NCBI GenBank assembly: GCA_965262565.1 | Contig: CBDHFQ010000013.1 | Span: 477 to 64,476 of the forward strand | Direction of reading: 5' to 3' | DNA: 64,000 bases | Origin: Bacteroidia bacterium | GTDB taxonomy: Bacteria; Bacteroidota; Bacteroidia; J057 | Shown: piece after piece, positions 19,259-29,527 of the stretch | How the letters are laid out: each line of letters begins with the position of its first letter | Numbering within the stretch: position 1 is the first letter of the stretch | Notes under the pieces: generated by a model | The model's input: only the letters and a program-made list of their open reading frames with translations | Databases searched by the model: none | Told to the model about the DNA's origin: nothing | Position numbers and translations under genes: made by a program

Positions 19259-19278
19259 CTCTTTTGGCAGTTTTTATC

Positions 19279-22200
19279 TTAATCTTCTTTCAAGATCAAT
19301 AATCTTTGGCTTTTAAGAATGGTTTGATTGGTGGTCCATTGGATGATGTAGAATCCGTTAGACATACCATCTATGGGGATCGTAATATCTTGCGTCCCGG
19401 GTGTTATCATAATTTCTTTTGAAAGACTTAACTGCCCGGCAGCATTATAGATATTGTATTGGATACTCTTTGTTTCAGGAGCTATAATACTAGTCATTGT
19501 TAGGTTGCTAGCTGGATTTGGCTGCAGATCTCCAATAAAAAATGCTCTTCCTTCAAGGTGTTCTTCAGAAAAAGGATTAGGTACACTAGTAACTGGCTCA
19601 TCCTCTGGAGACTGGACATTAATATTAGAACCGCATGCTACGTCTATGGAAAATTCTCCAGTAACACCATTGGCACCAGTTACGAATACCAGATATTCCT
19701 GCTGATCCCTGGAAAAAAAGGTGGCTGTTGCACAGGTAGAGTCATTTGGATCTAAATCATTTCCGGTGATACAGGATAGGGTATCACAACCAAATTCGAA
19801 TATCATCATTCTTGCGTCATATCCACTTGCGGGCTGGGTACAACATACAGAAATAGAGGTCGAGTCTCCCGTTCCTTTAAAGCTATACCAAACTCCCGGG
19901 GCGTCTGCAAAGGTGCCACAATAAGCACACACTTCATCGTCAAAAGTGGCACCCCTGGTAGTCCCTTCTACCCTTTCACCACAGCTCAATTGAAAAATAG
20001 AGTCACCAAGCATCATTTCCATATTTTCTACTACCAGACAAGAATCATTGGCGGGAGGTTCAGGAGTACAATCTTCAGTAACCGAAGGAAGAATTCTATT
20101 TCTAGTAGCAGAGGGAACAGTTAGATCAGATATAGCAATCGTTACTCTTTGATTATTGTTGAAAGGACCAAGGATAACTTCCTCATTAGCCGATACACTA
20201 TCTATAATTACAGGAGGTAACCCATTCGCAATAGCTCTGATTCTATATAAAGTACCATTTCCAGGAATGCTTAGTCGAATAAAAAATTGATCTTCATTTG
20301 ATAAATCGCAAAATGGTTCTGGAAGGATATCTATGGAATCTATATCGCTGATACAATTAATGCCGGGAACTTCTTGGGAAATGGTATCACAAGCCGATTG
20401 AGAAGAATCAGTTATGGAAACGATGATAGGTGCCGCTACAGTAGAAGAGTATCTACCCAGTATGTATGTTCCTGCGGTTAAACCACCTAATGGTGGAGTG
20501 CCACTATTATCGAAGAGTTGAATATTTTCTCCTGAGCCTGTAATAGTGACGGATACCTCTATACTATCTCCTACACATCTTGGGCTGGAGTTGGTAATAG
20601 CTAAATCGCAAATCGGACATGGGATTTCAGGTACTGCTAAAGAAACCGTGTCACATTCGGGTTTAGTAGGATCATTTGCTGAAACGATGATCGCATCTCC
20701 AATTTCAGCGGGATATCTACCCAATATATATGATCCCGAAGTTAAGTTATTTAGTGAGGGTGTGCCTTGATTGTCAAAGAGTTGAAAGTTTTCTCCTGAG
20801 CCAGTAATAGTGACGGATACCTCTATGCTATCTCCTACACAGATTGAACTCACAGTGGATATTGCTAACTCACAGCTGATACAAGTGGCCGTTACGAAAC
20901 TACCTAGAGATTCTACACAACCTGTTATTCTATCGCCAATTTCGAGTCTGACTGTATCCCCACTCGGGAAGGATCCAAAAGCATGAGTTCCTGACTCCAG
21001 ATTTGAGAGTACAGTGGTTTGGGAAACATCTCTAATAAAGTATTCTGTCCCATTTCCAGAAAAAAATACATCTATAGTAAAATTACCTGATGTTCCTATA
21101 CATCTAGGTTCTACATTAACCGAATCTAAATCACATGGATTTTCTTGAGGAATATCCACCGTCAAGCCAGCCAAGGTAAAAATACAATTGTTAATGGTCG
21201 TGTCAGCAAGACTGATATTTATCAAGGTTTCTTTTAAGTAAGGTCCTAAGATAAAAACGCTATCTGGGCTTGAAATGAATTGTGGATCTGCTCTCAAAGA
21301 ATCTGCGATAATCGAAATATCTGAAAGTAAGTAACTTCCCACCTCTCCTTCAAATGAAACTTCTACCTGAAAGGAATCGTCAGAAATGGAGACTGCTTGG
21401 GCAAATAAGTCCTCAATTCCGCAAGTAGGGGGAAGAGGACAGTTTTCGCTAATAGAATCCAGTATAATGTCACAGGAGGGATTGTCATTATTGATAATAG
21501 AAATTTGAATGCTAGATTCGCTGGGATAATTCCCAAATAGATAAGTGCTCGAGCTGGTGAAATCAACTTCAGTGAAATTAAATGAATCAGTGATTAAGTA
21601 ACCTTCCCCACTTCCGTTTAACGCTATTTCTATAGAAAATTCTCCGCTATCATTACAACTAACAATAGTAGTATCTATTTCTATATCGCAGCTTAAGGTA
21701 TCACATGAAGCAGTTGTATTTATATCTCCCGAACCTGCCCAATCCCATGTTTCCCCTTTAGAGAAGGAATAATCAAACCATCCAGAAAACCCAAAGTTTT
21801 CGTTGCGGTCATTTGCTCCTCTACCTAACTGAAAGCCTACACTGATATCGTTCGGTCTATGTCTTAAATATAAGGTATCCCCTTCAAAGGGACTACCCGA
21901 TACCGAAGCAAAGTAACTGTTAACATCATCAAGTTCCCAGAAGGTCCACTCAGGATGAAATATTTCGGCGGTACTTACTGCATCCAGAGAACTTTTAAAA
22001 GTTCGTCCCTGTGCCGACCATTCCTCCCAGTTTTGTTCTTCTTTGAATGAAACAAAAATATCCCATCGTAAAGTAGAATCATTTAGATTGACTATTCTGC
22101 CAGTAAGGCGTGCTGTGCCATCATCAAAAATAGTCATTATTGCTGGAGAAGGCTCAAATCTGTAGTCAGTACCAGGAGATGTAGGTAAATGATCTAGCCA

Positions 22201-22383
22201 AACAGAAAATCGACCTTCCTCATACACACTAAATTCACACTGTTGGACGATAGACGGCTGAGAAACTCCATATAAGGTGATAAATATAAATAATAAAGAT
22301 AATCGATGTTTAATCGTGAGTAAATTAAACCGATAGATTTTTAGGTTCATCATATTGAGTTGAATTTTATTTGTGAATCCCAA
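19279..22383 (-). CDS. Large secreted repeat protein with a T9SS C-terminal sorting domain
   Basis: 1034 aa. Modules of ~85-90 aa are bounded by Cys residues. The C-terminus (GDLQPNPASNLT...YNAAGQL...NGFYIIQW) is Por_Secre_tail-like. The true start is probably the MMNLKIY methionine near 22353. Confidence 0.8.
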   Translation of the reverse strand: MGFTNKIQLNMMNLKIYRFNLLTIKHRLSLLFIFITLYGVSQPSIVQQCEFSVYEEGRFSVWLDHLPTSPGTDYRFEPSPAIMTIFDDGTARLTGRIVNLNDSTLRWDIFVSFKEEQNWEEWSAQGRTFKSSLDAVSTAEIFHPEWTFWELDDVNSYFASVSGSPFEGDTLYLRHRPNDISVGFQLGRGANDRNENFGFSGWFDYSFSKGETWDWAGSGDINTTASCDTLSCDIEIDTTIVSCNDSGEFSIEIALNGSGEGYLITDSFNFTEVDFTSSSTYLFGNYPSESSIQISIINNDNPSCDIILDSISENCPLPPTCGIEDLFAQAVSISDDSFQVEVSFEGEVGSYLLSDISIIADSLRADPQFISSPDSVFILGPYLKETLINISLADTTINNCIFTLAGLTVDIPQENPCDLDSVNVEPRCIGTSGNFTIDVFFSGNGTEYFIRDVSQTTVLSNLESGTHAFGSFPSGDTVRLEIGDRITGCVESLGSFVTATCISCELAISTVSSICVGDSIEVSVTITGSGENFQLFDNQGTPSLNNLTSGSYILGRYPAEIGDAIIVSANDPTKPECDTVSLAVPEIPCPICDLAITNSSPRCVGDSIEVSVTITGSGENIQLFDNSGTPPLGGLTAGTYILGRYSSTVAAPIIVSITDSSQSACDTISQEVPGINCISDIDSIDILPEPFCDLSNEDQFFIRLSIPGNGTLYRIRAIANGLPPVIIDSVSANEEVILGPFNNNQRVTIAISDLTVPSATRNRILPSVTEDCTPEPPANDSCLVVENMEMMLGDSIFQLSCGERVEGTTRGATFDDEVCAYCGTFADAPGVWYSFKGTGDSTSISVCCTQPASGYDARMMIFEFGCDTLSCITGNDLDPNDSTCATATFFSRDQQEYLVFVTGANGVTGEFSIDVACGSNINVQSPEDEPVTSVPNPFSEEHLEGRAFFIGDLQPNPASNLTMTSIIAPETKSIQYNIYNAAGQLSLSKEIMITPGTQDITIPIDGMSNGFYIIQWTTNQTILKSQRLLILKED
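20510..20860. repeat. Two tandem 264-bp (88-aa) units, locally near-identical at DNA level, inside the 1034-aa gene
   Basis: GAGTTGAA(T/A)(A/G)TTTTCTCCTGAGCC(T/A)GTAATAGTGACGGATACCTCTAT(A/G)CTATCTCCTACACA occurs at ~20513 and ~20777. It encodes CVGDSIEVSVTITGSGEN(F/I)QLFDN in both units. Confidence 0.85.
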
Positions 22384-23569
22384 AAATATGAGGTAAAAAT
22401 TTTTTGAAGGGTGTAATGAACCTTTTATAATTACATTTGAAAGGAATATACTCTAATAGCCGGCTTTATAGTAAAATGAATGATTCATGAATTGAATTAA
22501 ATATTTGTATTTGAACCAATTTTGGGATAATTAATATGGCAGGAGAAATTTCTTTTCTGATTTAACATGGAAGATAGATGTAAGAAATAAGTATGGAAGC
22601 TTTTTGAAAAGAGTATCCTCAAAGAATACCTGCATTTAATGAGAGATGGACTTCATCCACACTGTTCCCAGTGTAATTCGGGTCAGTTAAGGGACAAAAA
22701 TTCAATAAATAAAAAGGTTACTTTATAAAAAAGAAGATTGTTGTACTAACTAATCAAAGGTAAAAACGTACGGTAAAAATATGTTAATGTAATGTGAATA
22801 CTCTTATTTGATCAGTCAGTTAACTGATCCTTATTAATTCAATTGGTAAAACCAGGCAAAAAATCTGAGCACGTATGTATCAATTTCCTCTCTTTGAAAA
22901 TTTATTAAATATTCAAGAGCTTTTTTAAGAATTTTTTCATCAATTAGCCTATATTTAACTTTATTTTTACTTGAAATAAAACAGGATTAATATATTTATT
23001 ATACTTTTGTTTATAAGTTCCTGTAAACAATGGGATAAGACAAAAGTTTATTTAGAAAAGGTCCAATTACATAGATCATTCTTTTTTAAGGCTAGAGGAC
23101 TGTTCTTTTTGGCAAGTAGAAAAATTAGTACATGATTTGTTGATTTTATGGCAGTACAAGCTTTATTTTTTATAGGTAAGATTTGTTCAGTTATAGGTAA
23201 GGCACATTGTCATTAGCTTTATAATTTAACAATTGAACTTTTTGATCAATATAGTTTGTGCTGATTGATAATTTATGTGAATGACTCTTCAACTGGAATA
23301 AAGATTTGCAAGGAATTTATTTTAGTAGTTTTTTATTATGCCATTAATTTGTAATTGCGCGGATACTGGTTATAACGTTTTTTCACCTCAATTTCGCAGA
23401 AAGTGTTGTTGAACCGGTCTTCCATTAGTTGTTTACCTCCTACTACTACTTTATCTCCTGAGGAAAATCATTCCACGTTATCGGTTTTATCAATATGTTA
23501 TCTGTAGGCAAAGATTATTATTAAAAGATTTTTGTGTAGTGTGCATAGTTAGTAAAAGAAAAATGTGCC

Positions 23570-25609
23570 ATGAATTATGTAATTGAAAGCTCAAAAACAC
23601 AGCAATTTAATCTAGCTACTCGATATGAATGGCTAGAAACAAACGGGTTAGGAGGATATGCCAGTTCCACCATTATTGGTACAAATACCAGGAGATATCA
23701 TGGGCTATTAGTTGCAGCACTTAAACCACCCGTAGAAAGAGCCGTTATGCTCTCAAAAATAGATGAAACGATTTGGGCTTATGGACGTCGCCATGATTTG
23801 GGATGTAATAAGTACAAAGGAGCAGTATATCCGACAGGATATATTTTTCTTCAAAAGTTTAAGAAAAGTCTCTTCCCTGAGTTCATCTATCGCGTAGGAA
23901 ATATTGAAATTAAGAAAACGATCGTAGCGCTGAATGGAGAAAACTCCACCTTAATTATCTACGAGGTTCTTAAGGCAGATGAGAAATTTCAGATTGAATT
24001 ATCACCCTTAGCTCATGCCAGAGATTTTCATGCACTTGATCCGGGAGATTCGAAACCTATTCATCAGATAGAATTCGAAAATGACGTATTACAGTATACC
24101 TCTTCATCAAAATATCCAGAGTTGTTTCTTGGGGCTAAAGGAGCAAAGTTTGAGGCTCATTCAGAGTGGTATTATCAGTTTGAATATTCTGAAGAGTTGA
24201 ACAGAGGTCAGGATGCGCATGAAGATTTATTTTCCCTAGGTAAGTTATTTTTTGATTTAGAAGAAGGATCGAAAATAGGAATTATTGCTACTCTGGAGAA
24301 TCCTGAAGGAAGAGATGTGTTGGAATTGTATGAAGCTGAAAAACGTAGACGTTTATCCATTGTAAAAAATGCCTCTCATCCATTCCACAAATCATTACTA
24401 CTTGCAGGAGATCAATTTATCGTAAAGCGAGATAATGATTTGCGTTCTATAATCGCAGGTTATCATTGGTTTTCTGATTGGGGACGCGATACGATGATAT
24501 CTTTACCAGGGTTATGCCTGTCTACAGGTAAATTTGAAGAAGCAAAGAAAATTCTCCGTGCATTTACAGAACAATTGAAAGAAGGGATTATTCCTAACAG
24601 ATTCTCGGATTACGAAGAAGAACCCCTTTATAATACAGTTGATGCCACCCTTTGGTTTTTTGTTGCACTTTACCATTATTTAAAATATACAGGTGATGAT
24701 GCCTTTGTTAGGGATTACATGCTGCCTGTAATGCATGAAATCATTTATTATCATCAACGAGGCACACAATTTCACATTAAAGTTGATGAGGATGGCCTAT
24801 TACAAGCTGGTTCTCCAGGAGTACAACTTACCTGGATGGACGCAAAAGTTGGAGATTGGGTAGTAACTCCTAGAGAGGGAAAAGCTGTTGAGATTAATGC
24901 CCTATGGTACAATGCGCTGAGAATATATGCTTATATGAATGGGAAATTTGGCGATCACAAAAAGGCCGCTGAAATGGAACAGTTAGCTGAATCTACTCGA
25001 TTGCGTTTTGAGCAAGTATTTTGGAATGAAGATAGGGGGTGTTTATTTGATTTGGTCAATGATCAAGGGAAAGACAGTTCAATTCGTCCCAATCAATTGT
25101 TGGCAATTAGTTTACCTTATCCATTACTCAATCGGACAAAAGCTAGATTATTGTTAGACGTAGTATCTAAGGAACTTTATACTCCTGTCGGCTTGCGCAG
25201 TCTGTCTATATTGGATGAGCGACATAAAATGACCTATGAAGGTGACAGAGTGTCAAGAGATGGATCTTATCATCAGGGAACGGTATGGAGTTGGTTATTG
25301 GGGCCTTATATAGACGCTCACATGTATGTAATGGGAGAATATGGAGTCTATTATGCTGAAGAAGTCATCAAAAATATTGCTCCTCACTTGAAAGATGCTG
25401 GAGTTGGAAACATCTCGGAAATTTTTGATTCCGAAGAACCCCATCATTCAAGAGGATGTGTTGCTCAGGCATGGAGTGTGGCAGAGTTACTTAGAGTGAT
25501 GTACCAATACAATTTATTCCTTCAGCCTCAAGTTAAAGCTGCTCCGGAAATGATAATCAGTAAAAAGCAGCTTCACACGACCAGGCTAGAAATAGCGACC
25601 CTCCCTTAA
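23570..25609 (+). CDS. Glycogen debranching enzyme / amylo-alpha-1,6-glucosidase family protein
   Basis: 679 aa. The N-terminal EWLETNGLGGYASSTIIGTNTRRYHGLL and the central GYHWFSDWGRDTMISLPGL are typical of the GDE_N_bis plus GDE_C architecture. Confidence 0.85.
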   Translation: MNYVIESSKTQQFNLATRYEWLETNGLGGYASSTIIGTNTRRYHGLLVAALKPPVERAVMLSKIDETIWAYGRRHDLGCNKYKGAVYPTGYIFLQKFKKSLFPEFIYRVGNIEIKKTIVALNGENSTLIIYEVLKADEKFQIELSPLAHARDFHALDPGDSKPIHQIEFENDVLQYTSSSKYPELFLGAKGAKFEAHSEWYYQFEYSEELNRGQDAHEDLFSLGKLFFDLEEGSKIGIIATLENPEGRDVLELYEAEKRRRLSIVKNASHPFHKSLLLAGDQFIVKRDNDLRSIIAGYHWFSDWGRDTMISLPGLCLSTGKFEEAKKILRAFTEQLKEGIIPNRFSDYEEEPLYNTVDATLWFFVALYHYLKYTGDDAFVRDYMLPVMHEIIYYHQRGTQFHIKVDEDGLLQAGSPGVQLTWMDAKVGDWVVTPREGKAVEINALWYNALRIYAYMNGKFGDHKKAAEMEQLAESTRLRFEQVFWNEDRGCLFDLVNDQGKDSSIRPNQLLAISLPYPLLNRTKARLLLDVVSKELYTPVGLRSLSILDERHKMTYEGDRVSRDGSYHQGTVWSWLLGPYIDAHMYVMGEYGVYYAEEVIKNIAPHLKDAGVGNISEIFDSEEPHHSRGCVAQAWSVAELLRVMYQYNLFLQPQVKAAPEMIISKKQLHTTRLEIATLP

Positions 25610-25634
25610 GTGTTTCAGTACTAAAATTTATTTT

Positions 25635-25675
25635 CTGGAATATCGGAACTCATTCCGATATTCCAGATTTTTTTT
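25635..25675 (+). terminator. Rho-independent terminator of the debranching-enzyme gene
   Basis: CTGGAATATCGGAA-CTCA-TTCCGATATTCCAG is a perfect 14-bp stem followed by ATTTTTTTT. Confidence 0.85.
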
Positions 25676-25824
25676 GAAGCTTCATCTGTATAGAGGCTAC
25701 ATATGTACTTTTGTTTGGTTGATTTTCAGGTATTTATATACAAAAGTTAATTCTGGTCAGGCTGGCACTTCCTTTGGCAATATATCATAGCAACATCAAT
25801 CTCCTTCACCTGAAAAATAATATA

Positions 25825-26535
25825 ATGAAGAAGAAACTCTATAGCCTGGAAAACCACCCCCTTTTCGCATCATTAAGTGAGAATCAGATAGAAGTCCTTA
25901 ACAGTCATGCATCCATATTGCACTATTCTAAAAATAATTACATCGATTTTGAGAATCGCGACCAAGCTTATCTCTATGGAATTATTAAGGGTAGAGTAAA
26001 AGTCCTGGAGGTAGATTATCAGGGAAACCAATTGATCAACGATATAGTGCGGGAGGGAGATATTTTTGGAAATCCATCATTGTACAATTCATTAAGAACC
26101 TGTTATGCGCAGGCCGCTGCTCCTATGACCGTTATTTTCACCATCCCCTATAATGTTTTCCAATCTGTCTTAAATCGGAATGCCGAATTTGCTATGTCTT
26201 ACTCGCGATTATTAGAAACAAAGCTACAGCGCCTCCAGAATCGTTATCACAATTTAGTATTTAAGGATGTACGTTCTCGATTGATTACATTTTTCTGTGA
26301 ATGGGCGGAAGCTGAAGGAAATCAATTTGGCAAGACTATATATATATCAAATTATCTGACACATTTAGAGATCGCTAACTTGATTTGTTCTTCCAGACAG
26401 TCTGTAACTACTATCCTCAACAAGTTGAAGTCCCAGGGAATCATTCAGTATTCTCGTTATCAAATTATTATTTCGGATATCAGTAAGTTGACCGCTGAGT
26501 TACCTTATTTAGAAAGTATTCGAAAAGTATCCTGA
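25825..26535 (+). CDS. Crp/Fnr-family transcriptional regulator
   Basis: A cNMP-binding-like N-terminal domain is followed by a C-terminal HTH (THLEIANLICSSRQSVTTILNKLKSQG). I prefer the ATG at 25825 (MKKKLYSL) over the longer track ORF from 25774. Confidence 0.85.
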   Translation: MKKKLYSLENHPLFASLSENQIEVLNSHASILHYSKNNYIDFENRDQAYLYGIIKGRVKVLEVDYQGNQLINDIVREGDIFGNPSLYNSLRTCYAQAAAPMTVIFTIPYNVFQSVLNRNAEFAMSYSRLLETKLQRLQNRYHNLVFKDVRSRLITFFCEWAEAEGNQFGKTIYISNYLTHLEIANLICSSRQSVTTILNKLKSQGIIQYSRYQIIISDISKLTAELPYLESIRKVS

Positions 26536-26560
26536 CTGATCGAATTTGGGAGGAAACAGG

Positions 26561-26602
26561 ATAAGCAGGAGTAAGAAGATGATCATCTAAATTCCTGCTT
26601 AT
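26561..26602. terminator. Possible shared hairpin between convergent crp-like gene and metG
   Basis: ATAAGCAGGA-N22-TCCTGCTTAT is a 10-bp stem with a large loop and no strong T-run. Confidence 0.4.
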
Positions 26603-26667
26603 TGACAATTCAAGAACATCGAACTACTCATATTGATCTTCTTAATACGAGATAAAGTGGCCAAACA

Positions 26668-28806
26668 TCATTTTACCCCTGATCCGGACTCTATTTTATT
26701 ATGAGGAGATATTGCATAAAGGATGCCTTGAGAATCTTCTGCAAAAAGAATCATTCCTTGAGACTCAATACCCCGAATTTTTCGTGGCTTAAGATTAACT
26801 AACACGGGAACTTGTTTCCCTACTAATTCCTCCGGCTTAAAAAATTCAGCTACTCCTGAAACTATTGTTCTGATATCTATTCCTGTATCTACTTGAAATT
26901 GAAGTAACTTTTTAGTTTTAGCAACTTTAGAAGCTTCCAGGATGGTACCTATTCGTATATCCATCCCTTCAAAATCCTCAAATTGTATTTCACTTTTTTG
27001 TGGAGGAATAGGTACACCTGTCTCTTCCACACCTTCCTTTTTCCCTAGTTTGTTAATCTGCTGTTGGATGACCTCATCATCTATTTTGTCAAATAAAACC
27101 TCAGGTTTTCCTTCGGAGAAAATTTGATGGCCTTCGGGAATTAATATGTGGGTATGTAAATCTTTCCATTTCCATGCTCTGGGATCAACGTTCAGTAGTT
27201 GAGCAATTCTATCGGCAGTATCGGGGAGAAATGGTTGTAATACGATCGACAGCTTGGCTAATATCTGTGCTGCAGAAAAAAGAATAGGGGCTACTTTTTC
27301 CGGTTCTTTTTTCCACTTTTTCCAGGGTTCTTGATCAGTGAGATATTTATTCCCTAATCTTGCTACCTGGATACTTCCATTTAGTGCATCTCTAAAACGA
27401 AAAAGTTCCAAACACTCTTCTACTGCCGTAATCTGGGTATCTATATCAGCAAATAATGAACGTTCTAAGGTATATAATTCCTGGGTTTCCTTTGGGATAG
27501 ATCCAGGATTTGTTAGTAATGTCGATAGATCCGATACTTCAGGGAGAACGCTCTGATAGTATTTTTGTGTTAGGACAATTACACGATTCACTAAATTACC
27601 TAATATATCTGCTAATTCATTATTATTTTTCGACTGAAAATCTTCCCACGTAAATTCACTATCCTTATTCTCAGGGGCATTAGCCGCTAATACATACCTC
27701 AACACATCCCTTTTGCCTGGAAAATCATCTAAATATTCATGAAGCCAGACTGCCCAATTTCGTGAGGTAGATAATTTATCTCCTTGTAAATTCAGAAACT
27801 CATTGGCTGGGACATTATCCTGTAATATATATTCTCCATGAGCCTTAAGAATAACTGGAAAAATAATACAATGGAAAACAATGTTGTCCTTTCCTATAAA
27901 ATGAATCAAGCGTGAGTTATCCTCTGGATTGGGTTGCTCCTTCCAATATAATTCCCAGTCTTTACCATTGTTGATGGCCCATTGTTTGGTTGCAGAAATG
28001 TATCCGATAGGAGCATCCAGCCAAACGTAAAGCTTTTTCCCTTCAGCATCGGGTAGTGGTACATCTACGCCCCAATTCAAATCACGGGTCATTGCACGAG
28101 CCTGCAAGCCAGCCTTAAGCCAGGAAGAACATTGACCATAAACATTGTTTTTCCATATTCCCTTTTTCCCCTCAAGCAACCATTCTTCCAGCCAGGACTG
28201 ATACTTATCTAAAGCTAAATACCAATGCTTAGTCTTTTTCAACTTGGGTTCCTTATTGCTAAGGGTAGAGATAGGATGGATTAAATCTGTTGCATTTAAG
28301 GAAGATCCGCAGTTTTCGCACTGGTCCCCATAAGCCTTGGGATAATTACATACAGGGCATGTCCCAGTTATATAACGATCTGCTAGAAATTGGTCATACT
28401 CTTCGTCGTAGTATTGCGCTGATTCCTGGACAAAAAATTCTCCATTTTCATATAGTTTCAGGAAAATTTCTTGTGAAGTGTTATGATGAATAGGTGCAGA
28501 AGTGCGATGATAAATATCGAATGAAATACCGAATCGCTCAAACGTCTCCTTGATCATTGCATGGTATTTATCGATAATTTCCTGAGGACTTATATTTTCC
28601 TTTTTGGCGCGAAGAGTGATCGCCGCACCATGTTCATCGCTTCCACATACATACAATACATCCCGCTCCTGAAGCCTTAAGTACCTGACATAGATATCAG
28701 CTGGAAGGTATGCTCCCGCGATGTGGCCTATATGTAATGGACCGTTAGCGTAGGGTAAAGCAGAGGTAATGGTGTATCTTTTATGTATCTTGAATTTATT
28801 TTCCAT
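26668..28806 (-). CDS. metG: Methionine--tRNA ligase with C-terminal tRNA-binding domain
   Basis: 712 aa with the class I motifs PYANGPLHIGH and KLSTSRN, a CPVC...CENCG zinc knuckle, and a C-terminal EMAP/Trbp111-like domain. Confidence 0.97.
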   Translation of the reverse strand: MENKFKIHKRYTITSALPYANGPLHIGHIAGAYLPADIYVRYLRLQERDVLYVCGSDEHGAAITLRAKKENISPQEIIDKYHAMIKETFERFGISFDIYHRTSAPIHHNTSQEIFLKLYENGEFFVQESAQYYDEEYDQFLADRYITGTCPVCNYPKAYGDQCENCGSSLNATDLIHPISTLSNKEPKLKKTKHWYLALDKYQSWLEEWLLEGKKGIWKNNVYGQCSSWLKAGLQARAMTRDLNWGVDVPLPDAEGKKLYVWLDAPIGYISATKQWAINNGKDWELYWKEQPNPEDNSRLIHFIGKDNIVFHCIIFPVILKAHGEYILQDNVPANEFLNLQGDKLSTSRNWAVWLHEYLDDFPGKRDVLRYVLAANAPENKDSEFTWEDFQSKNNNELADILGNLVNRVIVLTQKYYQSVLPEVSDLSTLLTNPGSIPKETQELYTLERSLFADIDTQITAVEECLELFRFRDALNGSIQVARLGNKYLTDQEPWKKWKKEPEKVAPILFSAAQILAKLSIVLQPFLPDTADRIAQLLNVDPRAWKWKDLHTHILIPEGHQIFSEGKPEVLFDKIDDEVIQQQINKLGKKEGVEETGVPIPPQKSEIQFEDFEGMDIRIGTILEASKVAKTKKLLQFQVDTGIDIRTIVSGVAEFFKPEELVGKQVPVLVNLKPRKIRGIESQGMILFAEDSQGILYAISPHNKIESGSGVK

Positions 28807-28907
28807 AAGTTGAAAACCTGAATAGGGCTATAAAGATAAAATTTTCACTTTTAGTTCAATTCAATTAACCTAAATAAGTTGTGTACAATCATCTAACTAT
28901 TATTCAT

Positions 28908-29486
28908 ATGTCTTTAACAACATCAAAGTTAATTTTTAGCAGATACATTATTATGGGAGTATGGCTGCTAGTTGCAAATATTTATATGAACGCGCAAACA
29001 TCATCCTCTGATCCGGCTTCATGGACCATTTCTCCGCAATCTTCTAAAATAGGGTTTACGATTAAAAATGCCGGTATTCGTGTCAATGGTTCATTCGAAG
29101 GATTAGAAGGAGAGATTTATTTTTCTCCTGACAAATTAGATCAATCATTCGTAAAAGCTTCTGTTAAAACAGAAACTATAAACACGAATAATAATATGAG
29201 AGATAAGCATTTGAGGAGTGAGGATTATTTTGAGGTCGAATCCTTTCCCGAAATTCGATTTACATCAAATGATATTGTAAAGAATAAAGATGGCTATATC
29301 ATCAAAGGAGATTTTGCCATAAAAGATGTAATAAAGCAAGTTGAGATTCCTTTTACTTTCACCGATCAAGTGTTTCATGGAGAATTTGAAGTAAATCGTT
29401 TGCATTATGGAGTGGGGAAATCCAGTATCATTCTGGGGAATAAAGTGATAATAAAGTTCGAAATTTCAGTTAATCAGATCAACTAA
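28908..29486 (+). CDS. YceI-family periplasmic protein
   Basis: A signal peptide is followed by SKIGFTIKNAGIRVNGSF...HLRSEDYFEVESFPEIRFTS, typical of the YceI lipid/polyisoprenoid-binding fold. Start taken at the ATG at 28908; the track ORF begins at GTG 28881. Confidence 0.8.
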   Translation: MSLTTSKLIFSRYIIMGVWLLVANIYMNAQTSSSDPASWTISPQSSKIGFTIKNAGIRVNGSFEGLEGEIYFSPDKLDQSFVKASVKTETINTNNNMRDKHLRSEDYFEVESFPEIRFTSNDIVKNKDGYIIKGDFAIKDVIKQVEIPFTFTDQVFHGEFEVNRLHYGVGKSSIILGNKVIIKFEISVNQIN

Positions 29487-29527
29487 TTATTGTAATCAAT
29501 ATTCATAGTCCAGATCCGGAATTGAGC

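Noticed and set aside
22600-22735. IS1595-type transposase N-terminal relic
   Set aside because: Only a ~30-residue, weak zinc-ribbon-like resemblance (..EYL..MRDG..P.C..C.SG), with no start codon, no DDE domain and no terminal inverted repeats. It is mentioned only as a possible trace within the long spacer finding.
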